Positions 23,581 through 34,957 are shown, numbered from the stretch's first letter. The stretch is DNA of 35,734 nucleotides from Octopus bimaculoides (GCF_001194135.2 NC_068996.1:12545045-12580778); one strand, 5' to 3'. Numbers and translations are program-made. Notes: generated by a model not told the origin, from the letters alone.

Positions 23581-24520
23581 ACAGACAACAAATGTAGGCT
23601 GTACAAGACCAAAACTGAAGACATCCATCATATTTCCAACTGTGAGAGAATGTCTTCCTGATATTATCATTCCAGGAGACATGATGTAGTGGCCAGAACA
23701 TTCTGGAAGAGGATAAAAAAAAAAAAAGAAAATACCAACTGACAAAGTTTGCTATATTGAGATTGATGAGTCAAAAGAATATTGTTGGAGCTTAAAATTT
23801 AAGACAGCCTCCAAGTTAAAATATAGCCAACCAGAGATTATTGTTTGGGACCACAAGGAAAAGATATGTTCTGCTATGGAAGTCAGCTGCCTCCTGAATA
23901 CCAATATGATTAGAAAAATTCAAGAGAAGGAGGACATCAATGGACCATTAATAAGAAGTTTGCAAATCCTGTACACAAGATACACTTTTAGCTTCATACG
24001 TATTATTGGAGCAATATGATATATATCAACCTGTCTGGGTGGAGGCGCAATGGCCCAGTGGTTAGGGCAGTGGACTCGCGGTCATAGGATTGCGGTTTCG
24101 ATTCCCAGACCTAGCGTAGTGAGTGTTTAGTGAGCGAAAACACCTAAAGCCCCATGAGGCTCTGGCAGGGGATGGTGGCGAACCCTGCTGTACTCTTTCA
24201 CCACAACTTTCTCTCACTCTTACTTCCTGTTTCTGTTGTGCCTGTAATTCAAAGGGTCAGCCTTGTCACACTGTATCACGCTGAATATCCCTGAGAACTA
24301 CGTGTCTGTGGAGTGCTCAGTCACTTGCACGTTAATTTCACTAGCAGGCTGTTCCGTTGATCGGATCAACTGGAACCCTCGACGTCGTAAGCGACGGAGT
24401 GCCAACAACAACAACCTGTCTGGAGCAAAGTATGGCTGAACTTGTGTTCTTGGGGACTGAATGAAACTCTTTTATTCATTTGCTGGTGTCTGAGACCATA
24501 AAAATCTGCAAGACCTTAAG
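23581..24520 (+). pseudogene. R4/Dong-like (RLE endonuclease) non-LTR retrotransposon 3' fragment, interrupted by SINE F
   Basis: TDNKCRLYKTKTEDIHHISNC..RHDVVA (CCHC knuckle), KYSQPEIIVWDHKEKICSAMEVSC..KIQEKED (PD-(D/E)xK-type), and ETIKICKTL after the SINE. Confidence 0.75.
24039..24411 (+). mobile_element. Full-length tRNA-derived SINE F with (CAA)n tail and 12-bp TSD
   Basis: A box TGGCCCAGTGG (24051), B box GGTTTCGATTCC (24094), TSD CAACCTGTCTGG at 24027-24038 and 24412-24423. Confidence 0.92.
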
Positions 24521-24526
24521 ACTTAA

Positions 24527-24722
24527 CCATTTAACATTTAAACCTGCTATATCTGGTCCAAATATTCAACCTGTGTTATGCTCAAACCAGCCAGATCCTG
24601 TCTCTCATACCTATCCTACAATGTTATTCTAAAAATATATGACCACATCATTGAAATATTGAAGCTATGTGATGATGCATGATTAATTCAAAGCAATGTG
24701 AATAAATCTGAATGCTAAAGGG
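24527..24722. mobile_element. piggyBac-type MITE
   Basis: TTAA on both sides; termini CCATTTAACATT / AATGCTAAAGGG are imperfect inverted repeats; second copy at 34958-35149. Confidence 0.75.
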
Positions 24723-24834
24723 TTAAAGAATGATGAACAACAGAAGATACTTTCCTTCACATCATTCCTACCAAGCAGGTGGCTGGTCAAAATTTATTCT
24801 GAATTAGGAGGAGAATGTATGTACATGTGCTTGT

Positions 24835-24835
24835 G

Positions 24836-24896
<61 letters not shown>

Positions 24897-24914
24897 GCCT
24901 GTCTGTCTGTCTGT

Positions 24915-24959
<45 letters not shown>

Positions 24960-25480
24960 TGTCTGTCTGTCTGTCTTTCTANNNNNNNNNNNNNNNNNNN
25001 NNNNNNNNNNNNNNNNNNNNNNNNNNNNNNNNNNNNNNNNNNNNNNNNNNNNNNNNNNNNNNNNNNNNNNNNNNNNNNNNNNNNNNNNNNNNNNNNNNNN
25101 NNNNNNNNNNNNNNNNNNNNNNNNNNNNNNNNNNNNNNNNNNNNNNNNNNNNNNNNNNNNNNNNNNNNNNNNNNNNNNNNNNNNNNNNNNNNNNNNNNNN
25201 NNNNNNNNNNNNNNNNNNNNNNNNNNNNNNNNNNNNNNNNNNNNNNNNNNNNNNNNNNNNNNNNNNNNNNNNNNNNNNNNNNNNNNNNNNNNNNNNNNNN
25301 NNNNNNNNNNNNNNNNNNNNNNNNNNNNNNNNNNNNNNNNNNNNNNNNNNNNNNNNNNNNNNNNNNNNNNNNNNNNNTCTATCTATTTTTCTGTCTATCT
25401 ATTTTTCTGTCTATCTATTTTTCTGTCTATCTTTCTTGCTGTCTATCCATCTACCTATCTCTCTGTCTGTCATCTATATA
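24835..25480. repeat. (GTCT/GCCT/TCTA)n tract with assembly gap
   Basis: Directly visible. Confidence 0.95.
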
Positions 25481-25669
25481 CACCCACACATATATGCAAA
25501 TACATTCATACATATCTACGTACATGTATATGTATGCACAAACATATACACACACATGCACACACACTGTAAATGTGTGTGTATATATAAACATCATGTA
25601 CTTATGCATATATTCATACACATACATATCTCCTTACATACACACACATATATATGCATGCATTACTCC

Positions 25670-26060
25670 CCGCTACTCTTTATATGTATCTTTTACAAGT
25701 CTGGTACTTATTCCGTTGGTTGCTTTTGTTGAACTCTTAAGTGACAGGAGCATAAACAAACCAACACCAGTTGACAAGCATTGGTAAGGGACAAATACAG
25801 AGATTTACTTTATCTTTACTGTCTGCATTGGTATGGGTTCAACAGCTGGATGCCCTTCCCAGCACTTGTGGGGTCGCCAAGTACCTACAAGATAAAACCC
25901 CCACAACTAAGTTGAGGGATAAAAAATGGGATAAGAAAGAAAGGCAGGGAGACAGGAGCAGGTGTCTTGCGGAAGAGGTGACTTATCCATCTGGAGAGAG
26001 ATAGAGGGATGTGTAATGAGAAAGTTACAAGGTAATGTAAAAGACAGAATAGGATAGAGG
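25670..26060 (-). mobile_element. Partial C body followed by a degenerate D fragment
   Basis: GGTACTTATTC..ACACCAGTTGACAAGC, then CAGCTGGATGCCCTTCC..AGCAGGTGTCTTGC. Confidence 0.55.
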
Positions 26061-26329
26061 CGAGCGGAAAAGATGGATGTGTAGGTAAGTGCACCAGGAG
26101 TGAAAATAGTGACATGATTAAAGAGAGAGAGAGAGAGAGAATATCAGTTGAGCAGAGGTGGTGGTGGTGGTGGGGGAGGCAAATGAAGGAGGAAACAGGG
26201 TAACATAGAAGATTGATGGAAGAATGGATGTTAGATGAGGTGTGGGAGAAGGCTTGACAGAGCCTCAGAGATGGATGGGTCTTCTCAAGCACAGCATATT
26301 GCCATTCATCTCACTTCCTCTTCATTAGT

Positions 26330-26590
26330 AATACTACCAGCAGCTGGAGTACTTCATTTACTTGTAGTAGTAGTAGTAGTAGGAGGAGGAGGAGGAGAAG
26401 GAGGAGGAAGAGGGAGAGGAGTATCAGCTGTAGTGATGGTAATTATAGGAGTAACAGCAGCAACAGTAATAATAGTAACTGCAGGAGATACTGTACTATA
26501 ATTACTTCTAGCAGCAGCAGCAGCCGCAGCAGCAGCAGCAGCAGCAGCCGCAGCAGTAGCAGCAAGTGTTGTACTAGTAGTAGTAGTAAT
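26330..26590. repeat. Mosaic trinucleotide tract (AGT/AGG/AGC/AAT)
   Basis: Directly visible. Confidence 0.85.
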
Positions 26591-26986
26591 TTTCTGTGAC
26601 AGATATATAATGCTGCGACTGACAATTGGTGAGCATAAAAGAACCGGGTTTTATACATATATATATATATATATTTATATACACAAATTCACACACACAT
26701 AAATGTATATATGTGTATGCATATATATCTCTGTATGTATATATATTTATATTGTGTATGTTTAAAGTCATATATGTATATGTGCATATACATATATATA
26801 TATATAGACATAGATGTAAAAAAAATTTTCACTATCTTCTGTTTTAATAAATATATATACATGCACATGTATATATATATATATATATAGATATATACTT
26901 TGGCCCATCTGCTCTTGTAAAAATGTCCAACCTATGCCAGCATGGAAAAACTGATGTTAAATGACGATGATATGCATAAATATGTT

Positions 26987-27033
<47 letters not shown>

Positions 27034-27504
27034 ATGTGTAGGTGTGTGTAGGTGTATGTACTTATATATTTATGTGTGTTTGTGTTGATATTGCAAGTTG
27101 TTCCATCAAACTGATGATGCTACCGCTGCTGCCTTTGCCGCTGATGCTATCTTCTCTCTAACACTGCTGTCGGCATTACTACACTTGTTATTTAAACCTC
27201 GTATTCAACCCTAATCAGACAGACCTATGAAGAGAGACTTTCCAACTCTGACCATCTAACCTTTGAAATGGGTTCTCTGATTACCTCGTTAACAGTATGT
27301 AAGTGCCAATCACCTTTTTTTCTTCCCTCAGATCATACACTGGTTGTTATTTCTAGCTATAAGTCCCTCTCTCCCAACAATGGTTGTCAGTGTTTCGGAC
27401 TAAATTCTCTGTGTTCATCACCTATCAATTTTGTGAGGCAGAAAAACCGAGTTGCAGGTGATACAGCTGCTATTTCTAGCTGCTGACCTCACTGTCTTTT
27501 ATGT

Positions 27505-28110
27505 TTTGTTTCAGTCATTGGACTGCAGCCATGCTGGAGCAGAGCCTTGGAGGGTTCTAGTTAAATGAATTGACCCCAGAGTTAATTTTTTGATAAGCCT
27601 GGTACTTATTTTGTCAGTCTCTTTGCCAAATTGCTAAGTCATGGGGATGTAAACGAACCAACACTGGCTGTCAAGCAGTGGTTGGGGACAAACACAAACA
27701 TGACCATCCAGTTAGAGGGTGGTAATGATGTCTAGGAGTAAAGTACATGTTCTATTTTTTTCCCTACCTTGGGCAAGTTCTTCAACTATTGCTTAAGGCT
27801 GCCCAAAGCCCAGTGAGTGGATTTCGTAGTTAGAAACTGAAAGAAACCATTCATATGGATGTGTGTGTGTGTGTGCGTGTGTGTTTATGTTTGTACCTCA
27901 CCACTGCTTGACAACCAGTGCTGGTTTGTTTATGTCTTTGCAACTTAGCTTCTTGGCATAAGAGGTCGATAAAACAAGTACTTATTTAAAATGAGTACCC
28001 CAGTATTTATTTTTAAAAGAATAAACATTGGGGTTGATTTGTTTGACTAAAACCCCTCAAGGTGGTGCTCCAGTCAAATAACTGAAACAAATAAAAAAAA
28101 TAAAATGATA
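27505..28110. mobile_element. C-body fragment (minus, 27505-27690) and old B-C SINE (plus, 27765-28110)
   Basis: Family motifs as in other copies. Confidence 0.7.
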
Positions 28111-28479
28111 AAAATATGTTGTTTTTTTTTTGTAATACAGTAAAGTGTTATCAGAGAAATTTAGTATTATTTCTAGCAATCAACTTGTCCATGGTCAAAC
28201 ATGATGAAACAGATATATGATTAAAGGTTTATTACATTCATGACCTTCCCATCTGTTTTGGGGATTGGGGTTTGGTTGTATCTTTGATTTTATTATCCCA
28301 TGAATCTATTCTGCTTGCCTGGTTTTTTTTTAAAGGTAGTTAAGTATAATTTGGCTGTTATTTTTAGCAGCTTCAGTGACCACATAGAAGCTTCCCTCAT
28401 TGCCACAGCTGTCTCTGCATGACTGACATCATTACTGTCACTGTTGCATTTGTTTTCCTTGTCAATCTTTAAGCTTTTT

Positions 28480-29100
28480 CTTGTTTTAGTCATTGGACTG
28501 TGGCCATGCTGGGGCACCATCTTGAAGGGTTTTAGTCCAGCAAATCAACTGTAGTAATTAATTTTTTTTTAATGCTTGGCTACTTATCCTACCAGTCACT
28601 TCTATTGAACTACTTGGTTACAGGGATATAAACAAACCAACACTTGCTGTCAAGTGGTAGTGGGGGCAAACACATGCACGCACACACACACACACACACA
28701 CATTTATGCTAGGCTTTTAGTTTCTTATTTCTTTATTGCCCACAAGGGGCTAAACACAGAGGGGACAAACAAGGACAGACAAAGGGATTAAGTCGATTAC
28801 ATCGACCCCAGTGCGTAACTGGTACTTAATTTATCGACCCCGAAAGGATGAAAGGCAAAGTCGACCTCGGCGGAATTTGAACTCAGAACGTAACGGCAGA
28901 CGAAATACTGCTAAGCATTTCGCCCGGCGTGCTAACGTTTCTGCCAGCTCACCGCCTTTTAGTTTCTATCAGCCAAAACCACTCACAAGGCTTTGGTCAG
29001 CCCAAAGCTTTATAATAGAAGACACTTGCCGAAGGTGCCACACCGTGGGACTGAACCTGGATAGATGTGCTTGGAAAGCACTCATTTTCACTCAGCCTTG
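28480..29100 (-). mobile_element. Old B-C SINE interrupted by a young A2 SINE
   Basis: C body 28480-28710; B head resumes at 28968. Confidence 0.75.
28726..28956 (-). mobile_element. Well-preserved SINE A2 with 11-bp TSD
   Basis: Minus: GGCGGTGAGCTGGCAGAAACGTTAGC..GAGTTCAAATTCC..GTGGGCAATAAAGAAATA; TSD TTTTAGTTTCT at 28715-28725 and 28957-28967. Confidence 0.92.
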
Positions 29101-29433
29101 TCTGCATCTTTATAATATAAATGATATTTTGTCTTTTTCGTTGGACAAGCTACATGCATATAATTTATTTCATATGCTTGCAGTGTTCATAAACACATAA
29201 TCCAAACAGTTTTACCACTTCATCCCAGGCTTTCCTGAGTCTTCTACTTTTGTGTTAGAATGTTTGGATCTATATTTAGTGTTGCAATGTGAAGAATATG
29301 ATAGTTTAATGAATTTAAGTTTAAACTTCTCTAAGAAGTCATGAATTCAGGATAATTAATTTCTGTATGCTATGTTGATTGAGTATTCTTAATGATTAGA
29401 GCTGATAATATGTTGTTTAGTATTTTAGAAATA

Positions 29434-30292
29434 CAGTGTGTTCAGGCCAAAATTTAACTTTTTTTTTATGTCTCTTTTTTTTTCTCTAAAACCACTTTAT
29501 ATATTGGTGAACAGTCAACAGTATTGGAGGGCCTAAAAATTACAGTTGTAGTTGAGAAAAAGTTAGCTGACATGGAGGACTGGAAGCCATCTGAATATTG
29601 GAAAAGAATTACTTGTATCATGATGATTTGCATCATGACTACTGCTCAATGCTCTGTGAAATCTTTATAGGTTGTAAGATGTGACATGGACATCATGAAA
29701 ATCAAGGTACCAAACTGTGATGGTCTTTGAGTGTGTCTCCAGTGAGAGTGATGTCATATTGTTGCACATCTTTGAATTTAGCCTCAGGCTCAATTTAAAC
29801 AACTATGTAAAGCTGTTGGAGACTGTTGTCAGAGCCTGGTTGGAGAGGCTTTGCTGTTGGAAGGCCATATGCCTGGCAGCAGGATTCAGCTTATACTTAC
29901 AGAGAGAGTCAGAAATGGTTGTTGGAGAATTTCTACGACTTCCTAATTCCCCTGATTGTAATCCCATGGATTACAATCCCGTGTAGGGGTTGCAGTTGAG
30001 AAAGACACCAACTGCTCTGCTTTCAACACCAAGACTGAGCTGGTGGCAAAGATCAAGAAGGTGTTTGAAGATCTCCCCAAGGACACAGTTAGGAATACAT
30101 ATACCTGGTTCTATAGCCACCTTGAGGCCTTGGTGGAAGCTGAGGACAGCTACTTTGAGTAAACTGTTATTTCTCAGCCATAATCTAGTTAATACTTCTT
30201 TTGTTTTTTTTTTTCAAATATTTAAAATTTTGGATGGGATATAATTTTCTTTTTCTTTTATGTAAACTGTCAAATTTAGTCTAAACACCCCC
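29434..30292 (+). mobile_element. Internally deleted DD37D (maT)-like DNA transposon, second copy
   Basis: TA-CAGTGTGTTCAGGCCAAAATTTAAC ... GTCAAATTTAGTCTAAACACCCCC-TA; MEDWKPSEYWKR, VMVFECVSSESDV, WQQDSA, PNSPDCNPMDY. Confidence 0.88.
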
Positions 30293-30584
30293 TAGTTTAG
30301 TATACTATAGTAGAGCAATGCTATAATATATAATACAGCAATGAGTCGAGGCTTTCAAAGACTGTACTGTGAGAAACAGAAAGGTAAATGTCTGCTGTTT
30401 GTTTCTTGAATTGGGTCCACAATCCTTAATGGAATCATAAGAGTGCTATCAAGATATACCCGGTATCTTGAATTTCTGGACCTGAAAAAGGGTCCATCAT
30501 TTCTCAGTTTTAACCTCAGTTTATTTCACCCAGAAAGAGAGAGAGAAAGTGGGTAAGACAGAAAACAAACCAACTCTGTCATAG

Positions 30585-30795
30585 TTTGGTACTTTATTTA
30601 TCGACCTTTTAAATGATGACAGATGAAGTTGACTTTGACTGGATTTGAACTCAGAGTACTGACACCTAGAACAAATATCATAAGATATTCCAGCACTGAA
30701 TATCTGTTAATTTGGCAGCTTTCATATATACTCTTTTACTCTTTTACTTGTTTCAGTCATTTGACTGCGGCCATGCTGGAGCACCACCTTTAGCA
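30585..30795 (-). mobile_element. Partial SINE A copy and 3' end of a C body
   Basis: GGTACTTTATTTATCGACC..GAACTCAG; CTTTTACTTGTTTCAGTCATTTGACTGCGGCC. Confidence 0.7.
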
Positions 30796-30941
30796 TGCTG
30801 GAGATTTATTAACTGAACTTTTTGTTAAAATCAAAATAAAGTTAGAATATTCATTAACCATTTTTAACTATATTTCTAACAAAAAATACTGCCTTTATGT
30901 TTCAGATGATTTTGAAAATAATCAGGAATTTGATAAAATTT

Positions 30942-31459
30942 CCATCCATTCATCTTCTTTGTCCTTCCCACCACCCAGTATTCCTTGGTGGGTCATTGGA
31001 GTAGAGTCCTCAGGCACCTCCTCCATAGGGTCATATCAAAAGCAACTTCATTAGATGTTTTTGACTGGATTCTCAACCATGACCATCTGTGACTATGGAT
31101 TTTATTCGATCATTTTGTTTTTGGTCTACTCCAATAGGGCTTTTGTGAATTGGTTCAGCTTGAAGAATCCGTCCTGCAATTCTTTTGTGTGACATTCTAA
31201 TCGTATGTCTGTAGTAGTGGCGGTGTGATCTCTCAATGTGGAGAAGTAGCTTGACCTAGATAAACTCTCTAAAACTATGGATATTATCCAATCATCTCAC
31301 TCTTATCCATCCTTAGATCTCCTGCTGATTGGCTTGGCTTGAAGAATCTGTCTTGCAGTTATTTCCTGCACTTTTCTAATCATATGTCCATGTAACTGGA
31401 GCTATGACCTCTCAACCAGAGAAGTAGCAGCTCAGCCTGGAGAGATTCCCTGATCTCTG
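30942..31459 (-). pseudogene. Two adjacent RTE (Rex3/Expander-like) LINE 3' fragments
   Basis: 31459-31274: EIRESLQAELLLL..ERS*LQLHGHMIR..ARQILQAKP; 31250-30942: LLLHIERSHRHYYRHTIRMSHKRIAGRILQAEP..LWRRCLRTL, ending in a (GATG)-like tail. Confidence 0.75.
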
Positions 31460-32454
31460 ATTTAATTTAACAGAATGACAAACTTTATTAACTAATCTGG
31501 TCTTCAAAACAGCAAAAATTGTCTATGACACAATTGTGATGGAAAGTTTTAATTAAGATCTAAACAATTTAAAGAGTCAAGTTGCTTCAGGCAGTTTGAT
31601 AGCCTAATGAAGTTAATTAAGATCAAACACATAAGTTATGATTATTTGCATATTTATTCTTAATATGTCCAGGGTGATTTAGTTGTAAAATATGCTAGTT
31701 GCTGTTGTGTACATCACAGGAGAACAATTTTTGCCTTTTGTGACAATGGTGTCTTCGGCACACTTGGCTTATTGGTACATGAGATTCTGGGACACTGGTG
31801 TTTCCATGTTATCTCATCAGGCAAAAGCACAAGGACTTGCAGGTTTTGTTTATACTTTTAGCCAACATACTGTTTGCAGATTGGTGCTTATTTCTGCTAA
31901 CCAATAAAAAAATTGTTATTTGTGCACCATGTGAAATCTGAAGCGAGTATTTGCATACTTATATATAAGTTATATTCTAAACAACAACAGTACATCTTCA
32001 GCACTCAACCACACAAAGCACTTAGCTAACATTGCCTCAGTTAATGTATTTTACAATTTTAAAGATCTTCAAATCTATTTTTACAATTCTATGACATGAC
32101 TGAGTTTTTACTGATAGCTCAGATGAAAAATTAGCGGAGATTATTTGGGTTAATCTAGAAGTTACTTCAAGACTTAAATCGGTCCCGGTGTAAGCTATAT
32201 TTAATTACAACTTTCCATTAGTGAAAAGACATGTAGAATAAATCAACTGTGACTTATAACACGACTTTGAAGTTATTTATTCAAACCGAGTGTGTGATGC
32301 TTTAATACTAAGCTAGATTACAAGAAAATGTTGGTTAAGTAAAAAAACAAAAATAATGTTATGAAAGAAACATCATCTCTCTCTCTCTCTTAAACTTAAC
32401 AAACATTGAACACCAATTGATAAAAATATACACGAACAGTTTGAAAAGTTATCA

Positions 32455-33155
32455 CCATCATCATTTGATGTACTCTGTCCATCTAGTATGGGTTGGATAG
32501 TTTGACGGGAGCTGGCAAGTCAGAAGACTAAGTCAAGCTCTACTGTCTGCTTTGGCATGGTTTCTACAGTCAGATGCCTTTTCTAATACCAACCACTTTA
32601 CTTTCTTTACTGCAAAGCACTTATTTCTTATTTCTTTATTGCCCACAGGGGGCTAAACATAGAGGGGACAAACAAGGACAGACAAAGGGATTAAGTCGAT
32701 TGTATTGACCCCAGTGCGTAACTGGTACTTAATTTATCGACCCCGAAAGGATGAAAGGCAAAGTCGACTTTGGCGAAATTTAAACTCAGAACGTGAAGAC
32801 AGGCGAAAGACCGCTAAGCATTTCGCCCGGCGTTCTAACGTTTCTGCCAACTCGCCACCATAACCACTTATTTCTGTCACTCTATTCATACTGTCCCTCT
32901 CACTACCTGGCACATATCCATTCCACTCAATACTACTCCCCATTCAGTTGAGGGGTCTTATCTTGCAAGTTGCTTGTTGACCTCACCAGTGCTGGGGTCA
33001 CATAAAAAGCAGTTGGCATCAAGAAGATCATCTATTCATACAAATCATGCCAAAGCAAACAATGGAGTTTGGTGCAGTCTTCTAGTTCACCAGCTCCTGT
33101 CAAGCCATCCAAATTATGCCAGCATGCAAAACATACATTAAATGACGATGATGTC
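32455..33155. mobile_element. D fragment (minus, 32455-32600), SINE A2 (minus, 32629-32859) and element D (plus, ~32880-33155)
   Basis: Family motifs; possible TSD CACTTATTTCT at 32618 and 32865 around A2. Confidence 0.8.
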
Positions 33156-33304
33156 ACCCAGTATGGAAGAAGCCATATGAACATAGACCATATTGCATAT
33201 GATCTGATACCTGATATGGACCAACATACCACATGAACTAGTATCCTATATATACCAATAACCCATTATATATACTAACAAATTGACCACCCTTTGAACA
33301 GTTT

Positions 33305-33541
33305 TCTTAATTCTTTATTGCCTACAATGGGTTAAACATAGAGGGGACAAACAAGGACAGACAAAGGATTAAGTCTATTGCATTGACTCCAGTGCGTAAC
33401 TGGTACTTAATTTATCGACCCCGAAAGGATGAAAGGCAAAGTTGACTTGAGCAGAATTTGAACTCAGAACGTAATGGTAGACAGACGAAATACTGCTAAG
33501 CATTTTGTCTGGTGTGCTAACGTTTCTGCCAGCTCGCCGCT
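33305..33541 (-). mobile_element. SINE A2 copy
   Basis: Closely similar to 28726-28956. Confidence 0.88.
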
Positions 33542-33652
33542 ACTAGTCAACAAGTTCTTCTTCACATCCAGCTTTGGGTCCTACCTACAATGAACCTGTT
33601 TTAACCTACTATGTAATATCAATAATTCCAGGAGAATACCAATATATATATA

Positions 33653-33888
33653 TCTGATATATAAATCCCATTCTGTCAATCTGTTTGTGTGCTTATAACT
33701 CAAGTATTGTTCATTCAATCGGGCTGAAATTTTAAACATGGATACATGAGAGCATGAGGTGTTCCGCAATCTAAAAAGATTTTCAAAATTGTCAGTTTCA
33801 AAATGAGAATTGCAATTTTTGTAATCTTTTTGTCCTATTTCTTCTGCCATGCTTTTCATTAAAAGCAACGAGTTGCTCAGACTGCTAG
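33653..33888 (+). mobile_element. Non-autonomous Helitron
   Basis: Preceded by A, starts TC, ends CTAG with perfect hairpin AGCAAC-GA-GTTGCT (33864-33877) just upstream; the next base is C rather than the canonical T. Confidence 0.7.
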
Positions 33889-34113
33889 CACATACCATTT
33901 TGCTGGCAACAAGGGGAGTACAGGATGACAGTCAGCCAAAACTGTTGCTATGTTGTCTCTCTTCTTTCCTTTCTCTGTCTCTTTCTCTGTCTCCCTCTAT
34001 GTCTCCTCTCTATACATAGAGGGCTCAATATGATTATCTAACTTAAAGCAACAGTTGTCGAATGCAAAAAGCCATAGAACTGTTAATACATACATATATA
34101 CATACACAAGATG

Positions 34114-34282
34114 GGTGTTTTGAGGGAGATTTGGCAGCTATTTCTACCAGGTCTAGCTACCATGTAGAGGCCTCCCTCATTGGCTCATACATACATATGA
34201 CAGTAAGGTGTGATTTGAGGTAAATTTGGCTGCTATTTCTACCAGGTCTGGCTACCATGTAGAGGTCTCCCTTATTGGCTCA
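34114..34282 (+). repeat. Two tandem ~93-bp units of a short dispersed repeat
   Basis: ATTTGGCNGCTATTTCTACCAGGTCT..CCATGTAGAGG..TTGGCTCA twice; related pieces near 27470 and 28350. Confidence 0.8.
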
Positions 34283-34558
34283 TCTAATATATAAATCTCG
34301 TTCTGTCTGTCTGTTTGTGTGCGCTTATAACTTGAGTATTGTTTATCCGATTGCACTGAAATTTTAAACATAGATACATGAGAGAGCAGGGCGTTGCACA
34401 ATCTAAAAAGATTTCCAAAATTGTCAGTTTCAAAGTGAGAATTGCTAATTTTGTAATCCTTGTGTCCTGTCCATCGGATGATTAAAACTTCCATAACACC
34501 GTCCTAGTTAACCCTCTTCACGTATACAAAGTGTCCAATGAACAGGGAGCATTTGCTA

Positions 34559-34559
<1 letters not shown>
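34283..34559 (+). mobile_element. Non-autonomous Helitron, second copy
   Basis: A^TCTAATATATAAA ... TTGCTAG^T, canonical A/T insertion; first ~190 bp match 33653-33840. Confidence 0.75.
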
Positions 34560-34652
<93 letters not shown>

Positions 34653-34957
34653 CAACCATTATGAACATTCCTCAACTGATCTTTTATCGACCTCTTGCAA
34701 TCTAAGCTACTTTAACATTCAAGTCTACCCTCATATTGTGTCAATGTTTAAATATATAAATACCATACTCTGACCTGACACTAGTTATTTACCTGTTTAT
34801 TGCTTCATTCTATTATGTAGGTATATATTTGTATATGTATGTATATTGGTTCTGTATGTAATGCTTTTCCCATGTAATTGTACAGAAGCAGAATATAACT
34901 ATAGATAGATATGTACTTGATTTCATTCCATAGCTGAGATAGTTTACTATTTCTTAA

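Noticed and set aside
23290-23745. 151-aa ORF as a host C2H2 zinc-finger gene
   Set aside because: Single finger of LINE type, no TGEKP linker, and the upstream half is antisense to an R4/Dong remnant.
24041-24115. tRNA gene
   Set aside because: A and B boxes present but no complete cloverleaf; continues into a SINE body with tail and TSD.
30335-30500. Small exon candidates on both strands (MSRGFQRLYCEKQK; SRNSRYRVYLDSTLMIPLR)
   Set aside because: No paired strong splice sites and no recognisable protein.
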